Counted from the stretch's first letter, positions 50,655 through 60,697 are shown. The stretch: 64,000 nt of DNA from an uncultured Chloroflexia bacterium (GCA_963713075.1 CAVQKO010000014.1:566924-630923), one strand, 5' to 3'. Notes: generated by a model from the sequence alone, not told the origin. Program-made: numbers and translations.

Positions 50655-51228
50655 GCCATCACCTCCTCGAGCCCGGCCTCCACCGCAGCGGCGCGCAGCA
50701 TCGCGAGCCCGCGGTGGACCTGGGCCTTGAGCGTGCCCTCGGGGCGGCCGAGGACCTCGGCCAGCTCCGCGTAGGAGAGGTCGTTGATGTGGCGCAGGAC
50801 GACCGGCACGCGGTAGCGCTCCGGGAGCCCTGCGAGCGCGGCGACCAGCCGCTCGCGCTCGTCGGCGGCCTGGGCCATCGCGGCCGGGCCGTCGCGCAGG
50901 GGTGCGGCCGGCTCCATGCCCGACTCGGCGAGCGCGTCGAGCGGCGTGGTGGCCGCCCGCTCGCGCCTCACGCGGTTGCGGCACAGGTTCACGACGATCG
51001 TGGCCAGCCAGGGCCGCAGCCGGAGCGACCGGATCCGGGCCGCGTCGTACCCGGAGAGTGCCCGGTAGGCGCGCACGAGCGCGTCCTGGGCCACCTCCTC
51101 GGCGTCGTGCGGGTCGCCGAGCACGCGCAGCGCGATCGCGTAGCAGCGGTCGGCGTGGGCGCGCACCAGCGGCTCGAAGGCGGCGTCGAGGTCGCGGGCG
51201 AGGGCGTCGGCGAGGGCTTGGTCGTCCA
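50651..51228 (-). CDS. ECF-type RNA polymerase sigma factor
   Basis: MDDQALADAL...AEEVAQDALVRAYRAL...RPWLATIVVNLCRNRVRRER (region 2) and LPERYRVPVVLRHINDLSYAELAEVLGRPEGTLKAQVHRGL (region 4). This is the internal part of the 50651..52528 track ORF. Confidence 0.9.
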
Positions 51229-51266
51229 TCACATCGATAGAACACAGTTGGTGGCGGCGCGGTTGC

Positions 51267-51293
51267 ACGATGCCGCGGACCGCAACCGTTACC
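51267..51293 (-). promoter_or_regulatory. Tentative ECF-type promoter (GGTAAC-N18-CGT) upstream of the sigma factor gene
   Basis: The minus strand reads GGTAAC ggttgcggtccgcggcat CGTGC about 40 nt before the ATG at 51228. It resembles the GGAAC/CGT architecture of autoregulated ECF promoters, but the spacer is one nt longer than usual. Confidence 0.25.
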
Positions 51294-51349
51294 GGGCCAC
51301 GACCGCGCGGCATGGCAGCCCGGGCATCGTCGCATGCCACAATGCAGCC

Positions 51350-52360
51350 ATGCGCCTCGACGACCGCTTCGACGACCTCGTCGCGAGCCTCCGCGGCTTC
51401 TACCGCACCTGGTACGTGTTCGCCGGCCTCGAGCTCGGGCTGTTCGACGCGCTGCGCGACGCCGGGACGCGTGGCCTCACCGCCGCGGAGCTGGCCGCCC
51501 GGGCGGGCGTGGAGCCGGCACTGACCGCCCGCTGGGCATGGGGCGCGGACGCGTTCGCGCTCGTGGAGAGCGAGGACGGCCGCATCCGCATCCCGGGCGA
51601 CGTGGCCGCGATCCTGCTCGACGCGGACCGCCCCGAGTTCCTCGGCGGGCAGTTCCAGTTCGCCGCCGTCGGCAGCCTCGACTACGGCCAGCTGCCCGAC
51701 GTCTTCCGCTCCGGCAGGCCCGTGCTGGCGCGCCCTGACCGCTACCGGATCGCGATCGAGCGGCTGACCGTCCAGGACGTGGCCGTGTTCTTCGAGGAGG
51801 TGCTCGGCGCCTTCCCGCAGCTCGTGGCGGACCTGCGCCCGGGCGCACGGGCCATCGACGTCCACTCGGGCGGCGGCCGGTGGCTGATCGCGATGGCGCG
51901 CCGGTTCCCGGGCCTCGTCCTGACCGGGGTCGAGTTCGAGCCCGACTCGGTCGATCGGGCGCGGGCCAATGTTGCCGAGGCGGGCCTCGCCGACCGGATC
52001 TCCGTGGAGCAGGGCTCGATGCTCTCGGTGGGCCACGTCGCCGAGGCGGACCTCGTGTACTTCCAGTACGCCCTGCACCAGCTCCCAGACCCGGTGGGCA
52101 CGCTGCGGTCGGCGTGGGCGGCCGTGCGGCCCGGCGGCTGGCTCGTCGCGCTCGACTGGTACCTGCCCGCGGACCCCGACGAGTTCCGCACCGCGCAGGG
52201 CGAGCTGATCGCAGGCGTCCAGCTCGACGAGCTGGTCCAGGGCACGCGGCTGGTGACCTCGTCGGAGGCACTGGGCTGGTTCGCCGCCGCGGGCCTGCCC
52301 GTGCCCGAGCTCGTCGACCTGCCGTCGGGTGCGAGCGCGATCGTCGTCCACCTCGACTGA
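51350..52360 (+). CDS. Class I SAM-dependent methyltransferase with N-terminal winged-helix dimerisation-like domain (O-methyltransferase-like)
   Basis: MRLDDRFDDLVASLRGFYRTWYVFAGLELGLFDAL... (wHTH-like), then IDVHSGGGRWLIAMA (motif I-like GxGxG) and PGGWLVALDW. This is the last 336 aa of the 49787..52360 track ORF. Confidence 0.8.
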   Translation: MRLDDRFDDLVASLRGFYRTWYVFAGLELGLFDALRDAGTRGLTAAELAARAGVEPALTARWAWGADAFALVESEDGRIRIPGDVAAILLDADRPEFLGGQFQFAAVGSLDYGQLPDVFRSGRPVLARPDRYRIAIERLTVQDVAVFFEEVLGAFPQLVADLRPGARAIDVHSGGGRWLIAMARRFPGLVLTGVEFEPDSVDRARANVAEAGLADRISVEQGSMLSVGHVAEADLVYFQYALHQLPDPVGTLRSAWAAVRPGGWLVALDWYLPADPDEFRTAQGELIAGVQLDELVQGTRLVTSSEALGWFAAAGLPVPELVDLPSGASAIVVHLD

Positions 52361-52484
52361 GCAGGGTCGGCGCGCGCCCTCGCCACCCCGGACGTGCGGG
52401 CCTCCGCCCGGCGAGCCCGGTCTCGCGGTCCGCCCGGCGGGCCTGCCTCGGGACGACACGGCGACCTCCGGGTAACGTGGCGCC

Positions 52485-53315
52485 GTGACCCCGCGTTTCG
52501 AGATCGACGCCGCAACCATGACCGCCATCGAGCGGCACGAGCTCTACTCGCACGCGATCCCGTCCCGCGAGACCCGCGACCTGGGGGACGCGCTCCTCCT
52601 CCACGATCCGGCCGACGGCGATCCGTTCTGGAACCGCCTCCAGGCGGTGCGCTGGCCCGCCGACCCCGCCGCCTTCGACCAGCGGCTGGCCGAGACCCTG
52701 GCACTGTTCGCGATCATCGGCCGCCAGCCGCACATCTGGCCGTCGCCGGTGCATGCCGGTCCGCCGGACCTTGCGCTGCGCCTCCAGGGCAACGGCTTCG
52801 TGGACATCGGCGCCGGGCACGTGATGGTGCTGGCCCGTCCGCACGACGCTGGCCCGGTGCGTCGGGGCGAGCTGCCCGCGGACACGGAGCTCACCGTCAT
52901 CGCACGGCCCGGGGACGCACGCCCGGGCGACCTCGACGAGGCGGGATCGGTGCTGGCGGCCGCGTTCGGCGCCCCCGCGGCGCGCGCGCCGGAGCTGGCC
53001 CGCGACCTCGTCAAGACGCTGCCCGACCGGCGCGTGGTCCTGGTGCTCCTCCGCGTGGACGGTGTGGCCGCCGCCACGGCGAAGGCCACCACGTTCGGCG
53101 GCTGGACGTACATCTCATCGATCGGGACGCTGCCGGGGTTCCGCGGGCGGGGCCTCGGGGCGCTGTCCACGCGTGCGGTGATCGCCGCGGCGCACGCTGT
53201 CGAGGGCGGCACGCCATACCTCGGGGTGTTCAGCGGCAACACGACCGCGATCCGCCTCTACGAGCGGCTGGGGTTCCGCTCGGTCGGGGAATCGCCGGAC
53301 CTGCTGCTCGAATGA
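52485..53315 (+). CDS. GNAT-family N-acetyltransferase
   Basis: 276-aa ORF. C-terminal GNAT core IGTLPGFRGRGLGALSTRAVIAAA...AIRLYERLGF. Confidence 0.8.
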   Translation: MTPRFEIDAATMTAIERHELYSHAIPSRETRDLGDALLLHDPADGDPFWNRLQAVRWPADPAAFDQRLAETLALFAIIGRQPHIWPSPVHAGPPDLALRLQGNGFVDIGAGHVMVLARPHDAGPVRRGELPADTELTVIARPGDARPGDLDEAGSVLAAAFGAPAARAPELARDLVKTLPDRRVVLVLLRVDGVAAATAKATTFGGWTYISSIGTLPGFRGRGLGALSTRAVIAAAHAVEGGTPYLGVFSGNTTAIRLYERLGFRSVGESPDLLLE

Positions 53316-54088
53316 GCGCGGGCGGCGCGGGGGACGGGGGAGCCCACGACGGCGGGGGTGGCCACGACGCCGCTGGCGAGGCGGCCGGTTTTAGTCGCTG
53401 GGCCAGGCTGACCTGGCAGGCCGCGGACCCGGGGGCGCTCGCGGCGGCGGTCGCCGCACGGCTGGACGTTGCGATCGCCCCGACCGCCGACGGGGCCTGG
53501 CACCTCGGCGTGGCTGGCGAGCAGATCGCGGTCGTGCCGTGGCTGCGGGAGGGGCCGCGCGACGTTCCGTCGCGGGAGGGACGGCTGGTGCTCGAGCCCG
53601 TCGACAACGGCGCACCAGCCCCCGCCGCCATGCCGGGCGCCTCGCTCTCGCTCGTCGGCCTCGCGTGGTCCACCGTGGACCTCGACCGGGCCGAGGCGGA
53701 CCTCGACCCGTGGCTGCTCCCGCGGGACGCGGCCTCCGGCGACGGCGACGCGCCCGACGACCCGCACCTGGGGGCCCGCGCACGCCGACGCCGGACGACC
53801 GCGCTGCCGGGCGGCACGCTCGTCCTCGTGGAGCCCCGCACCGAGGGGCGTCTCGCGGCGTCGCTGGCCAGGGACGACGAGGGGCCGTGCGCGCTGTACC
53901 TCGCGCCGTCGGCGGGCCTGGCCGAGTGGACGGCTGCCGCCCGGCGCCGGGGAATGCGGGTCTCGGCCCGGCGCCCTGGCCCGCTCGGCCCGGCGGTCCT
54001 GCTGCCGGGCCGCAGTCTGGCCGGGCCGCACCTGCTGATGGTTGAGGCTGTCCCGACAGCCCCCGGCCCGAGTACCATCGGCGCATGA
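53312..54088 (+). CDS. Hypothetical protein, possibly glyoxalase/VOC-like
   Basis: ATGA overlap with the upstream GNAT gene and ATGA overlap with the downstream GNAT gene. Sequence (LSLVGLAWSTVDLDRAEADL...GTLVLVEPRTEGRLAASLARDDEGPCALYL) is reminiscent of glyoxalase-like domains. The N-terminal 25 aa are Gly/Ala/Asp low-complexity. Confidence 0.55.
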   Translation: MSAGGAGDGGAHDGGGGHDAAGEAAGFSRWARLTWQAADPGALAAAVAARLDVAIAPTADGAWHLGVAGEQIAVVPWLREGPRDVPSREGRLVLEPVDNGAPAPAAMPGASLSLVGLAWSTVDLDRAEADLDPWLLPRDAASGDGDAPDDPHLGARARRRRTTALPGGTLVLVEPRTEGRLAASLARDDEGPCALYLAPSAGLAEWTAAARRRGMRVSARRPGPLGPAVLLPGRSLAGPHLLMVEAVPTAPGPSTIGA

Positions 54089-54522
54089 ACGACGCCAACG
54101 TCCTGGTCCGCCCGGCCACTCCCGACGATGCGGAGCGACTCGCCTCGCTGCTGACCGACGAGGGGTACCCAGCCGGCAGTTCCGACTTGGCGGTCCGGGT
54201 CGAGCGGTACGGCGCACTCGGCTCACCGGTGCTTGTGGCCGAGGCCGCGGGCGAGGTGGTGGGCTTCATCACCGTGCTGGTGCTGCCGCGGTTCGAGGTG
54301 GACGACCTGTTCGCGCGCATCACGAGCCTCGTGGTCGACGCGGGCGTCCGCGAGCGCGGCATCGGCCGGCTGCTCATGCAGGCGGCCGAGGACCACGCGC
54401 GGGCCGCCGGGGCGGCGTGGCTCGAGGTGACGGCCGGCCACCACCGGCCGGACGCGCGCCGCCTGTTCGAGTCGATGGGCTACGACCCGGGCGTCGCGGT
54501 GTACCTCCGCAAGCGGGCGTAG
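54085..54522 (+). CDS. GNAT-family N-acetyltransferase (small)
   Basis: 145-aa ORF. VLVRPATPDDAERLASLL...VVDAGVRERGIGRLLMQAAEDHARAAGAAWLEV...ARRLFESMGY. Confidence 0.9.
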   Translation: MNDANVLVRPATPDDAERLASLLTDEGYPAGSSDLAVRVERYGALGSPVLVAEAAGEVVGFITVLVLPRFEVDDLFARITSLVVDAGVRERGIGRLLMQAAEDHARAAGAAWLEVTAGHHRPDARRLFESMGYDPGVAVYLRKRA

Positions 54523-54564
54523 CGGGCTGGGCTCCCAACCGTCGACCGCCGCCGCGTCCCGGCC

Positions 54565-55845
54565 ATGAGCCTGCCGCGCCTCCGGCTGCGCGACGAGGTC
54601 GCCGGCCTCCTCGACCTCCCGTGGGAGGCGCCCCTCGGCGAGTGGGGCGACAGCGGCGGCCGCTTCCGCGATCTGCCGGTGGGGCCCTCGCGGCACCTCG
54701 TCCGCTTCCTGGTCCACGGGGGGATCGTCTACGCGCTCAAGGAGCTGCCCGGCGCGGTCGCCCACCGGGAGTTCGATGTGCTGCGCCACCTCGAGGAGGC
54801 CCGCCTGCCAGCCGTTCGCGCCGTGGGCCTCGCCGTGCGGCCCGATCGGGACGACGCGATCCTGGTGACTGAGTACCTGCGCCACTCGATGCAGTACCGG
54901 CGCCTGCTGATGCGCTTCCGCGGCGTCTCCCACGCCTATCGCGACCGCCTGCTCGACGCGATGGCGCTGCTGCTCGTGGACCTCCACCGGGGCGGCGTGT
55001 ACTGGGGCGACTGCTCGCTCGCGAACACGCTGTTCCGGCGCGACGGCGACCGAATCCAGGCGTACCTCGTTGACGCCGAGACGAGCGAGCTCCACGGGGC
55101 GCTCTCGGACGGGCAGCGCGACTACGACCTGGAGATCCTGGTCGAGAACGTCGCATTCGGCCTCGCGGACCTCGCCGCCTACCAGGGCCGCGTCGACGAG
55201 ATGGACACGTCCATCGAGGCCGCCGAGTCGGTGCGGTCACGCTACGCGGCCGTCTGGTCCGAGCTCTACGACCAGCCCGAGCTGGTCCCCGGCGATCGCC
55301 AGGCGATCCGGGCCCGACTGCGCCGCCTCAACGAGCTCGGGTTCTCGGTGGACCTCGAGGTCGACCCGGTGGCGATGGACTCGGTGCGCCTCCGGACCAG
55401 CGTGACGACGCGCCGCTACCACGCCAACGAGCTGGAGCGCCGAACCCGGCTGCGCACGCTCGAGGGCCAGGCGCGCATCCTGCTCAACGACCTCGCCGAG
55501 TACGGGGCATGGCTCGAGCACGCGGAGGGGCGCATGATCGCGCCCGACGAGCAGGCCGAGCGCTGGCTGCGCGAGGTGTACCGGCCGACGCAGGCCCGGA
55601 TCGCACGCGAGGTGGGCCCTGACCGCGACCTCGTCCAGGCGTACTGCGACGTGCTCGAGCACAAGTGGCTGCGCTCCGAGGAGGCCGGCTTCGACGTCGG
55701 CCTCGACGCGGCCATCGAGTCGTACCTCGCCGAGGGCGCACCCGCCCCGGAGGTCGTGGTGACCTCGGCCGGTGGCGTGACCGACCCGCTGGCGGGGCTC
55801 GACCTGGAGGCCGTGATCGCCGACGAGGACGGCCTGGTCAGCTAG
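54565..55845 (+). CDS. DUF4032 domain-containing protein (Kdo/WaaP-like kinase fold)
   Basis: 426-aa ORF. IVYALKELP...REFDVLRHLEE...AILVTEYL...LLVDLHRGGVYWGDCSLANTLF...AYLVDAETSE (kinase-like HxD/D motifs). Confidence 0.85.
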   Translation: MSLPRLRLRDEVAGLLDLPWEAPLGEWGDSGGRFRDLPVGPSRHLVRFLVHGGIVYALKELPGAVAHREFDVLRHLEEARLPAVRAVGLAVRPDRDDAILVTEYLRHSMQYRRLLMRFRGVSHAYRDRLLDAMALLLVDLHRGGVYWGDCSLANTLFRRDGDRIQAYLVDAETSELHGALSDGQRDYDLEILVENVAFGLADLAAYQGRVDEMDTSIEAAESVRSRYAAVWSELYDQPELVPGDRQAIRARLRRLNELGFSVDLEVDPVAMDSVRLRTSVTTRRYHANELERRTRLRTLEGQARILLNDLAEYGAWLEHAEGRMIAPDEQAERWLREVYRPTQARIAREVGPDRDLVQAYCDVLEHKWLRSEEAGFDVGLDAAIESYLAEGAPAPEVVVTSAGGVTDPLAGLDLEAVIADEDGLVS

Positions 55846-56392
55846 ACCTTGAGCCCTCGGCGTCCGGGGGCGCCCAGCGCTCGAGGTGCACGAGGTCCTC
55901 GATCGGCCGCCGACCGCCCGCGCGGTTCGGCCGCGCCAGCACGTCGGGGTCCGCCGGGTAGCCGAGCGAGAGCATGAACTCGCAGTGCATCTCGGCGGGG
56001 TAGCCGAGCAGTTCGCGGGCCCGCTCGGGCTCGTAGACGGTGGCCGGGCAGCTGCCGACGCCGCGCTCCCACGCCACCAGCATCATCTGCGCCGCCGCGC
56101 CGCCGAGGTCCCACGTGATCGAGAGGGGAGCGCCCTCCACCCGCGGGTCGGGTGTCACCAGCGCCACGGCGACCGCCGCCCCGGCCACGTGCCCGCACCA
56201 CGGCCCGAGCGTGGCGAGCTGCGCCAGCAGCGCGCGGTCGCGGACCACGATGAACGCCCAGCGCTGGCGGTTCTTGGCGCTGTGGGCGCGGCGCCCGGCG
56301 TCGAGGATCGCGGCCTGGTCGTCCTCGGCGAGCGGGCGGTCGGCGAACTGGCGGACGGCCCGCTTGGCGCGCACCGCGGCCTCGACGTTCAC
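55838..56392 (-). CDS. Nitroreductase-family protein
   Basis: VNVEAAVRAKRAVRQFADRPLAEDDQAAILDAGRRAHSAKNRQRWAFIVV. GTG start overlaps the upstream stop (GTGA at 56389-56392). Confidence 0.85.
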   Translation of the reverse strand: MNVEAAVRAKRAVRQFADRPLAEDDQAAILDAGRRAHSAKNRQRWAFIVVRDRALLAQLATLGPWCGHVAGAAVAVALVTPDPRVEGAPLSITWDLGGAAAQMMLVAWERGVGSCPATVYEPERARELLGYPAEMHCEFMLSLGYPADPDVLARPNRAGGRRPIEDLVHLERWAPPDAEGSRSS

Positions 56393-57534
56393 GGTTGCGC
56401 CTCCTGCGCCGGGACGTCTGTGGCCGTCCTCGGCGTCTGGCGCCGGAACACGCGGAGCATCGAGCGCATGCCGCCCGGCTCCTCGTCGAGCGAGGTGAGG
56501 CGCTCGGGCTCGGGCAGGCGGGCGGCGGGAACGGCCGCGGCGGCATGGGCGGCGGCCGCGGGCTCGAGCGGCCCGCCGAGGTGCAGCGCGAAGAACCCGG
56601 CCACCGCGGACCGGAACAGGTCGAACTCGTACAGCCACGAGTGGTGGCCGCCGCGAACGACCAGGGCCTCGGTGACCGCGTCCGGCCTGGCGGCGCGGCG
56701 GATCCCGGCCAGGCGCGCGAGGTGGCCGACGGGGACGACCTGGTCCTCATCGCCGTGGACGAGGAAGACGGGCGCGTCGATCGTCCTCACGGCGCGGGCG
56801 GCGCTCACGCCGTCGACGGTGTGGCCGCGGGGGCGGAGGTAGACACGGGTCGTCAGCCACGCAAGCGGCCACGCCACCGGGCCCGGGATCGGGAGCTCGG
56901 CGAGGCGGAACGTCTGGCGGGTGAGCCGGTAGGGGTCGGCTGGCGTGGACACCGCGACCACGGCCTCGACCAGCGGCTCGGCCGCGGCCGCCACCAGCGC
57001 GCCGGCGGCGCCCATCGAGTGCCCGAGCAGCCCGACCCGCGTCACCTCGTCCCGGGCGGCGAGCCAGCGGACGGCCGCCGTCGCGTCGGCGGCGAACTCG
57101 CCCACGCTGATCGGCAGCGTCTCGGGCTCGTTCATTCCGTGCCCGCGGACGTCGAGCACGAGCACGTGGAACCCGGCCGCGTGAAGGAACTGGGCGTGGG
57201 GGAGGGTGCGGTCGCGGGCTGACTCCCAGCCGTGGACGAGCGCGATGCCGGGGGCCGAGACGCCGGGGCCCGCTGCGGGGGACTCAACCGGCCCGCCCGT
57301 CCGGACATCGCCCGCGGGCAGGTACCAGCCCGCCAGCGTGAGGCCGTCGGCCGTCCGAACCGCCACGTCGTCGAACGGCAGGCCGAGCACATCGGGCGTC
57401 CACAGCGGCTCGTGGCGATGGGGGTAGCCGGCCCGCACGCGGTACACCTGGGCGAACCGGTAGGCGAGCAGGACGGGGATTGCGGCGGCCGCGGCGGCGA
57501 GGCCAGCGCGCCGGGCGCCGGAGGACGGGAGCAT
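56389..57534 (-). CDS. Alpha/beta hydrolase (membrane-anchored, DLH/peptidase S9-like)
   Basis: N-terminal TM RRAGLAAAAAAIPVLLAYRF, then IALVHGW, nucleophile elbow LLGHSMGA, and FLVHGDEDQVVP. Start taken at ATG 57534 within the longer track ORF. Confidence 0.85.
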   Translation of the reverse strand: MLPSSGARRAGLAAAAAAIPVLLAYRFAQVYRVRAGYPHRHEPLWTPDVLGLPFDDVAVRTADGLTLAGWYLPAGDVRTGGPVESPAAGPGVSAPGIALVHGWESARDRTLPHAQFLHAAGFHVLVLDVRGHGMNEPETLPISVGEFAADATAAVRWLAARDEVTRVGLLGHSMGAAGALVAAAAEPLVEAVVAVSTPADPYRLTRQTFRLAELPIPGPVAWPLAWLTTRVYLRPRGHTVDGVSAARAVRTIDAPVFLVHGDEDQVVPVGHLARLAGIRRAARPDAVTEALVVRGGHHSWLYEFDLFRSAVAGFFALHLGGPLEPAAAAHAAAAVPAARLPEPERLTSLDEEPGGMRSMLRVFRRQTPRTATDVPAQEAQP

Positions 57535-57702
57535 GCCCGTATCGGAGCGCGGCCGCGGCGGCGTGTCAAGCGGCGGGGCGCCCGGGCGTTCCGCCAGCGC
57601 CTCTGCACGCGCTGCCGGGCCCGCGCGGGTGCGCATGCGGCGACCTCGGGCGCGTATGCCGATGCCGTGGCTGGACGCAACGGGAGCGCGCGGCGCGCTG
57701 GG

Positions 57703-57708
57703 TAGACT
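57703..57708 (+). promoter_or_regulatory. Candidate -10 element (TAGACT) giving a leaderless transcript for the J-domain gene
   Basis: GGTAGACTTGGGCTC GTG: the hexamer ends 7 nt before the proposed GTG start at 57716, and no RBS is present. Confidence 0.4.
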
Positions 57709-57715
57709 TGGGCTC

Positions 57716-58450
57716 GTGCCTGCCCGCGATCCGCACGACGTCCTGGGGGTGGAGCCCGGCGCCTCGATTGAGGAGATCCGGGCGCGGTGGCGATCGCTCG
57801 CCCGCCAGCACCACCCGGACCTCACTGCCCACGATCCCGTGGCCGCACGTCGCGCCACCCGCCGCATGGCCGAGATCAACACGGCCTATGCGGCGCTGAC
57901 GCGCGCGGACGCCAAGGTCCGACGACGACGCGGTAGTGCCGCCGACGTGACCGCCGAGCCGACGCCGCGGCCCCAGCCGCGACCGGGCGCAGGGGTTCCC
58001 CCGCCGCCCAAGGCGAAGCCCGTGACGGGCCGCCTCGACACGTCGCACACGTTCCGGCCGCGGAACCAGGTGACCACGCCGCCCGGCCTGCGGTTGCCGC
58101 TGAACGGCCATCGCCCGTCGCGGTTCGGCCGGTCCCGGCTCGAGCTCCGCGCCTCGCAGCCCTCGGGACCGCTCGAGCGCGACCGCCTCGAGGGCCACGT
58201 GCCGATCGAGACGCCCACGCTCGACGAGGCGCTCGAGATGGAGCTCGCGTTCGGCAAGTTCCACGGCCACACGCTCGGCGAGGTGGCCGCGTTCGAGCCG
58301 TCCTACATCGACTGGCTGGCGGCCACGCTCACCCGCGAGCCCGACGTCACGCTCGCCGCCCGCGTGGTCCGCGCCGAGCTCGACCGGCGGGGGATCCGGC
58401 GCGAGCACCGCCCGCCGCGCCCGGGCTGGCAGTCCAACCCGTTCCGCTGA
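57716..58450 (+). CDS. J-domain protein with C-terminal DUF3820/ExoX-C-like module
   Basis: DPHDVLGVEPGASIEEIRARWRSLARQHHPDL (HPD), a Pro/Arg-rich linker, then LAFGKFHGHTLGEVAAFEPSYIDWL, which resembles the F/YGK(Y/H)KG.TL.E.....YL.WL module. Confidence 0.75.
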   Translation: MPARDPHDVLGVEPGASIEEIRARWRSLARQHHPDLTAHDPVAARRATRRMAEINTAYAALTRADAKVRRRRGSAADVTAEPTPRPQPRPGAGVPPPPKAKPVTGRLDTSHTFRPRNQVTTPPGLRLPLNGHRPSRFGRSRLELRASQPSGPLERDRLEGHVPIETPTLDEALEMELAFGKFHGHTLGEVAAFEPSYIDWLAATLTREPDVTLAARVVRAELDRRGIRREHRPPRPGWQSNPFR

Positions 58451-58465
58451 GGGGCCGGTCGCCGG

Positions 58466-58503
58466 CAAAATAAAACGCCCCCGGAGAGACGAGACCGGGG
58501 GCG
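58466..58503 (-). terminator. Strong rho-independent terminator, functional on the minus strand
   Basis: The minus strand reads CGCCCCCGG tctcgtctct CCGGGGGCG TTTTATTTTG (9-bp GC stem plus U-tract). On the plus strand the stem is followed by AAATATAA, so it is poorly suited to terminate the J-domain gene. Confidence 0.75.
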
Positions 58504-58840
58504 AAATATAAGCCGATGAGTGCTGCCGCCCCACTCCCGGGCCTGCTGGCCGGCTCGTCCATGGTTACTCGGCTCGTGGCCGGTGGTCCGGTTCCCTCGT
58601 GCCGCCGAGCGTCCCCAACGGTCGAGTTGTCCTGCCGCCTGCCCGTGACCGACGCCCCAGGGTGTTTCCCGGTTTCTTGTGGGGTCGGCGCGTCTCGAAC
58701 GCAGGCCAAACACTACGGCTGGCTCGGCGCAGATGGAATGGGTATGCGGTACGGATGCGCCGCACTCCTAGGTCAGGCGCATCCGGGCAACGCCGGGACC
58801 ATCAGGCCTGACGCCTTCCGGGACCATCTGACCCCCTAGG
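58504..58840 (-). ncRNA. Unassigned candidate structured RNA (about 340 nt) ending at the 58466-58503 terminator
   Basis: 470-bp gap with no credible ORF and GC visibly lower than its flanks. Many helices are possible on the minus strand: CCTAGG(ggg)TCAG...CTGACCTAGG closing a 5' domain; GATGCGCC/GGCGCATC competing with GGCGCA/TGCGCC; CCGACCCCA...TGGGG(cg)TCGG. The 5' end is not defined. I could not match tmRNA, RNase P, SRP or common riboswitch signatures. Confidence 0.4.
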
Positions 58841-58904
58841 TGAGATGCCCTATTGGGCCTCCGGGCGGGTCGCGCGAGCACGGCGGGGAACCTGTCGGGA
58901 GGTG

Positions 58905-58910
58905 TAGAGT
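58905..58910 (+). promoter_or_regulatory. Candidate -10 element (TAGAGT) giving a leaderless or near-leaderless mutase transcript
   Basis: GTGTAGAGTCGGGCTCC ATG: the hexamer ends 8 nt before the ATG at 58919. Confidence 0.4.
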
Positions 58911-58918
58911 CGGGCTCC

Positions 58919-60697
<1,779 letters not shown>

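Noticed and set aside
28879-51287. Shared GGTTGC/GCAACC half-sites at the satP promoter (28879-28896) and the ECF promoter region (51261-51287) as a common operator
   Set aside because: The arms are only 6 bp and the spacing is very different (6 versus 15 nt). This is readily explained by chance in GC-rich DNA.
58516-58839. Small ORFs inside the 58.45-58.92 kb gap (107 aa on the plus strand; 66-136 aa on the minus strand)
   Set aside because: Their compositions are implausible, being highly basic or Pro/Gly/Arg-rich. They have no RBS, and the minus-strand ones read straight through the terminator hairpin.
58504-58840. Identification of the unassigned RNA locus as tmRNA, RNase P RNA, SRP RNA or a cobalamin riboswitch
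   Set aside because: tmRNA: there is no tRNA-like end (T-arm GGTTCGA...CCACCA) and no GGGG...TTCGAC 5' end. A weak acceptor-like pairing (GGGGTCA / CGACCCC) spans only about 155 nt and ends in ACAA. RNase P: the universally conserved GGAAAGTCCGG and ACAGAACCCGGC blocks are absent. SRP: CCGGAAGG is present but lacks the flanking AGCAGC. Cobalamin: AGGGAACCGG is present but there is no GCCACTG B12 box.
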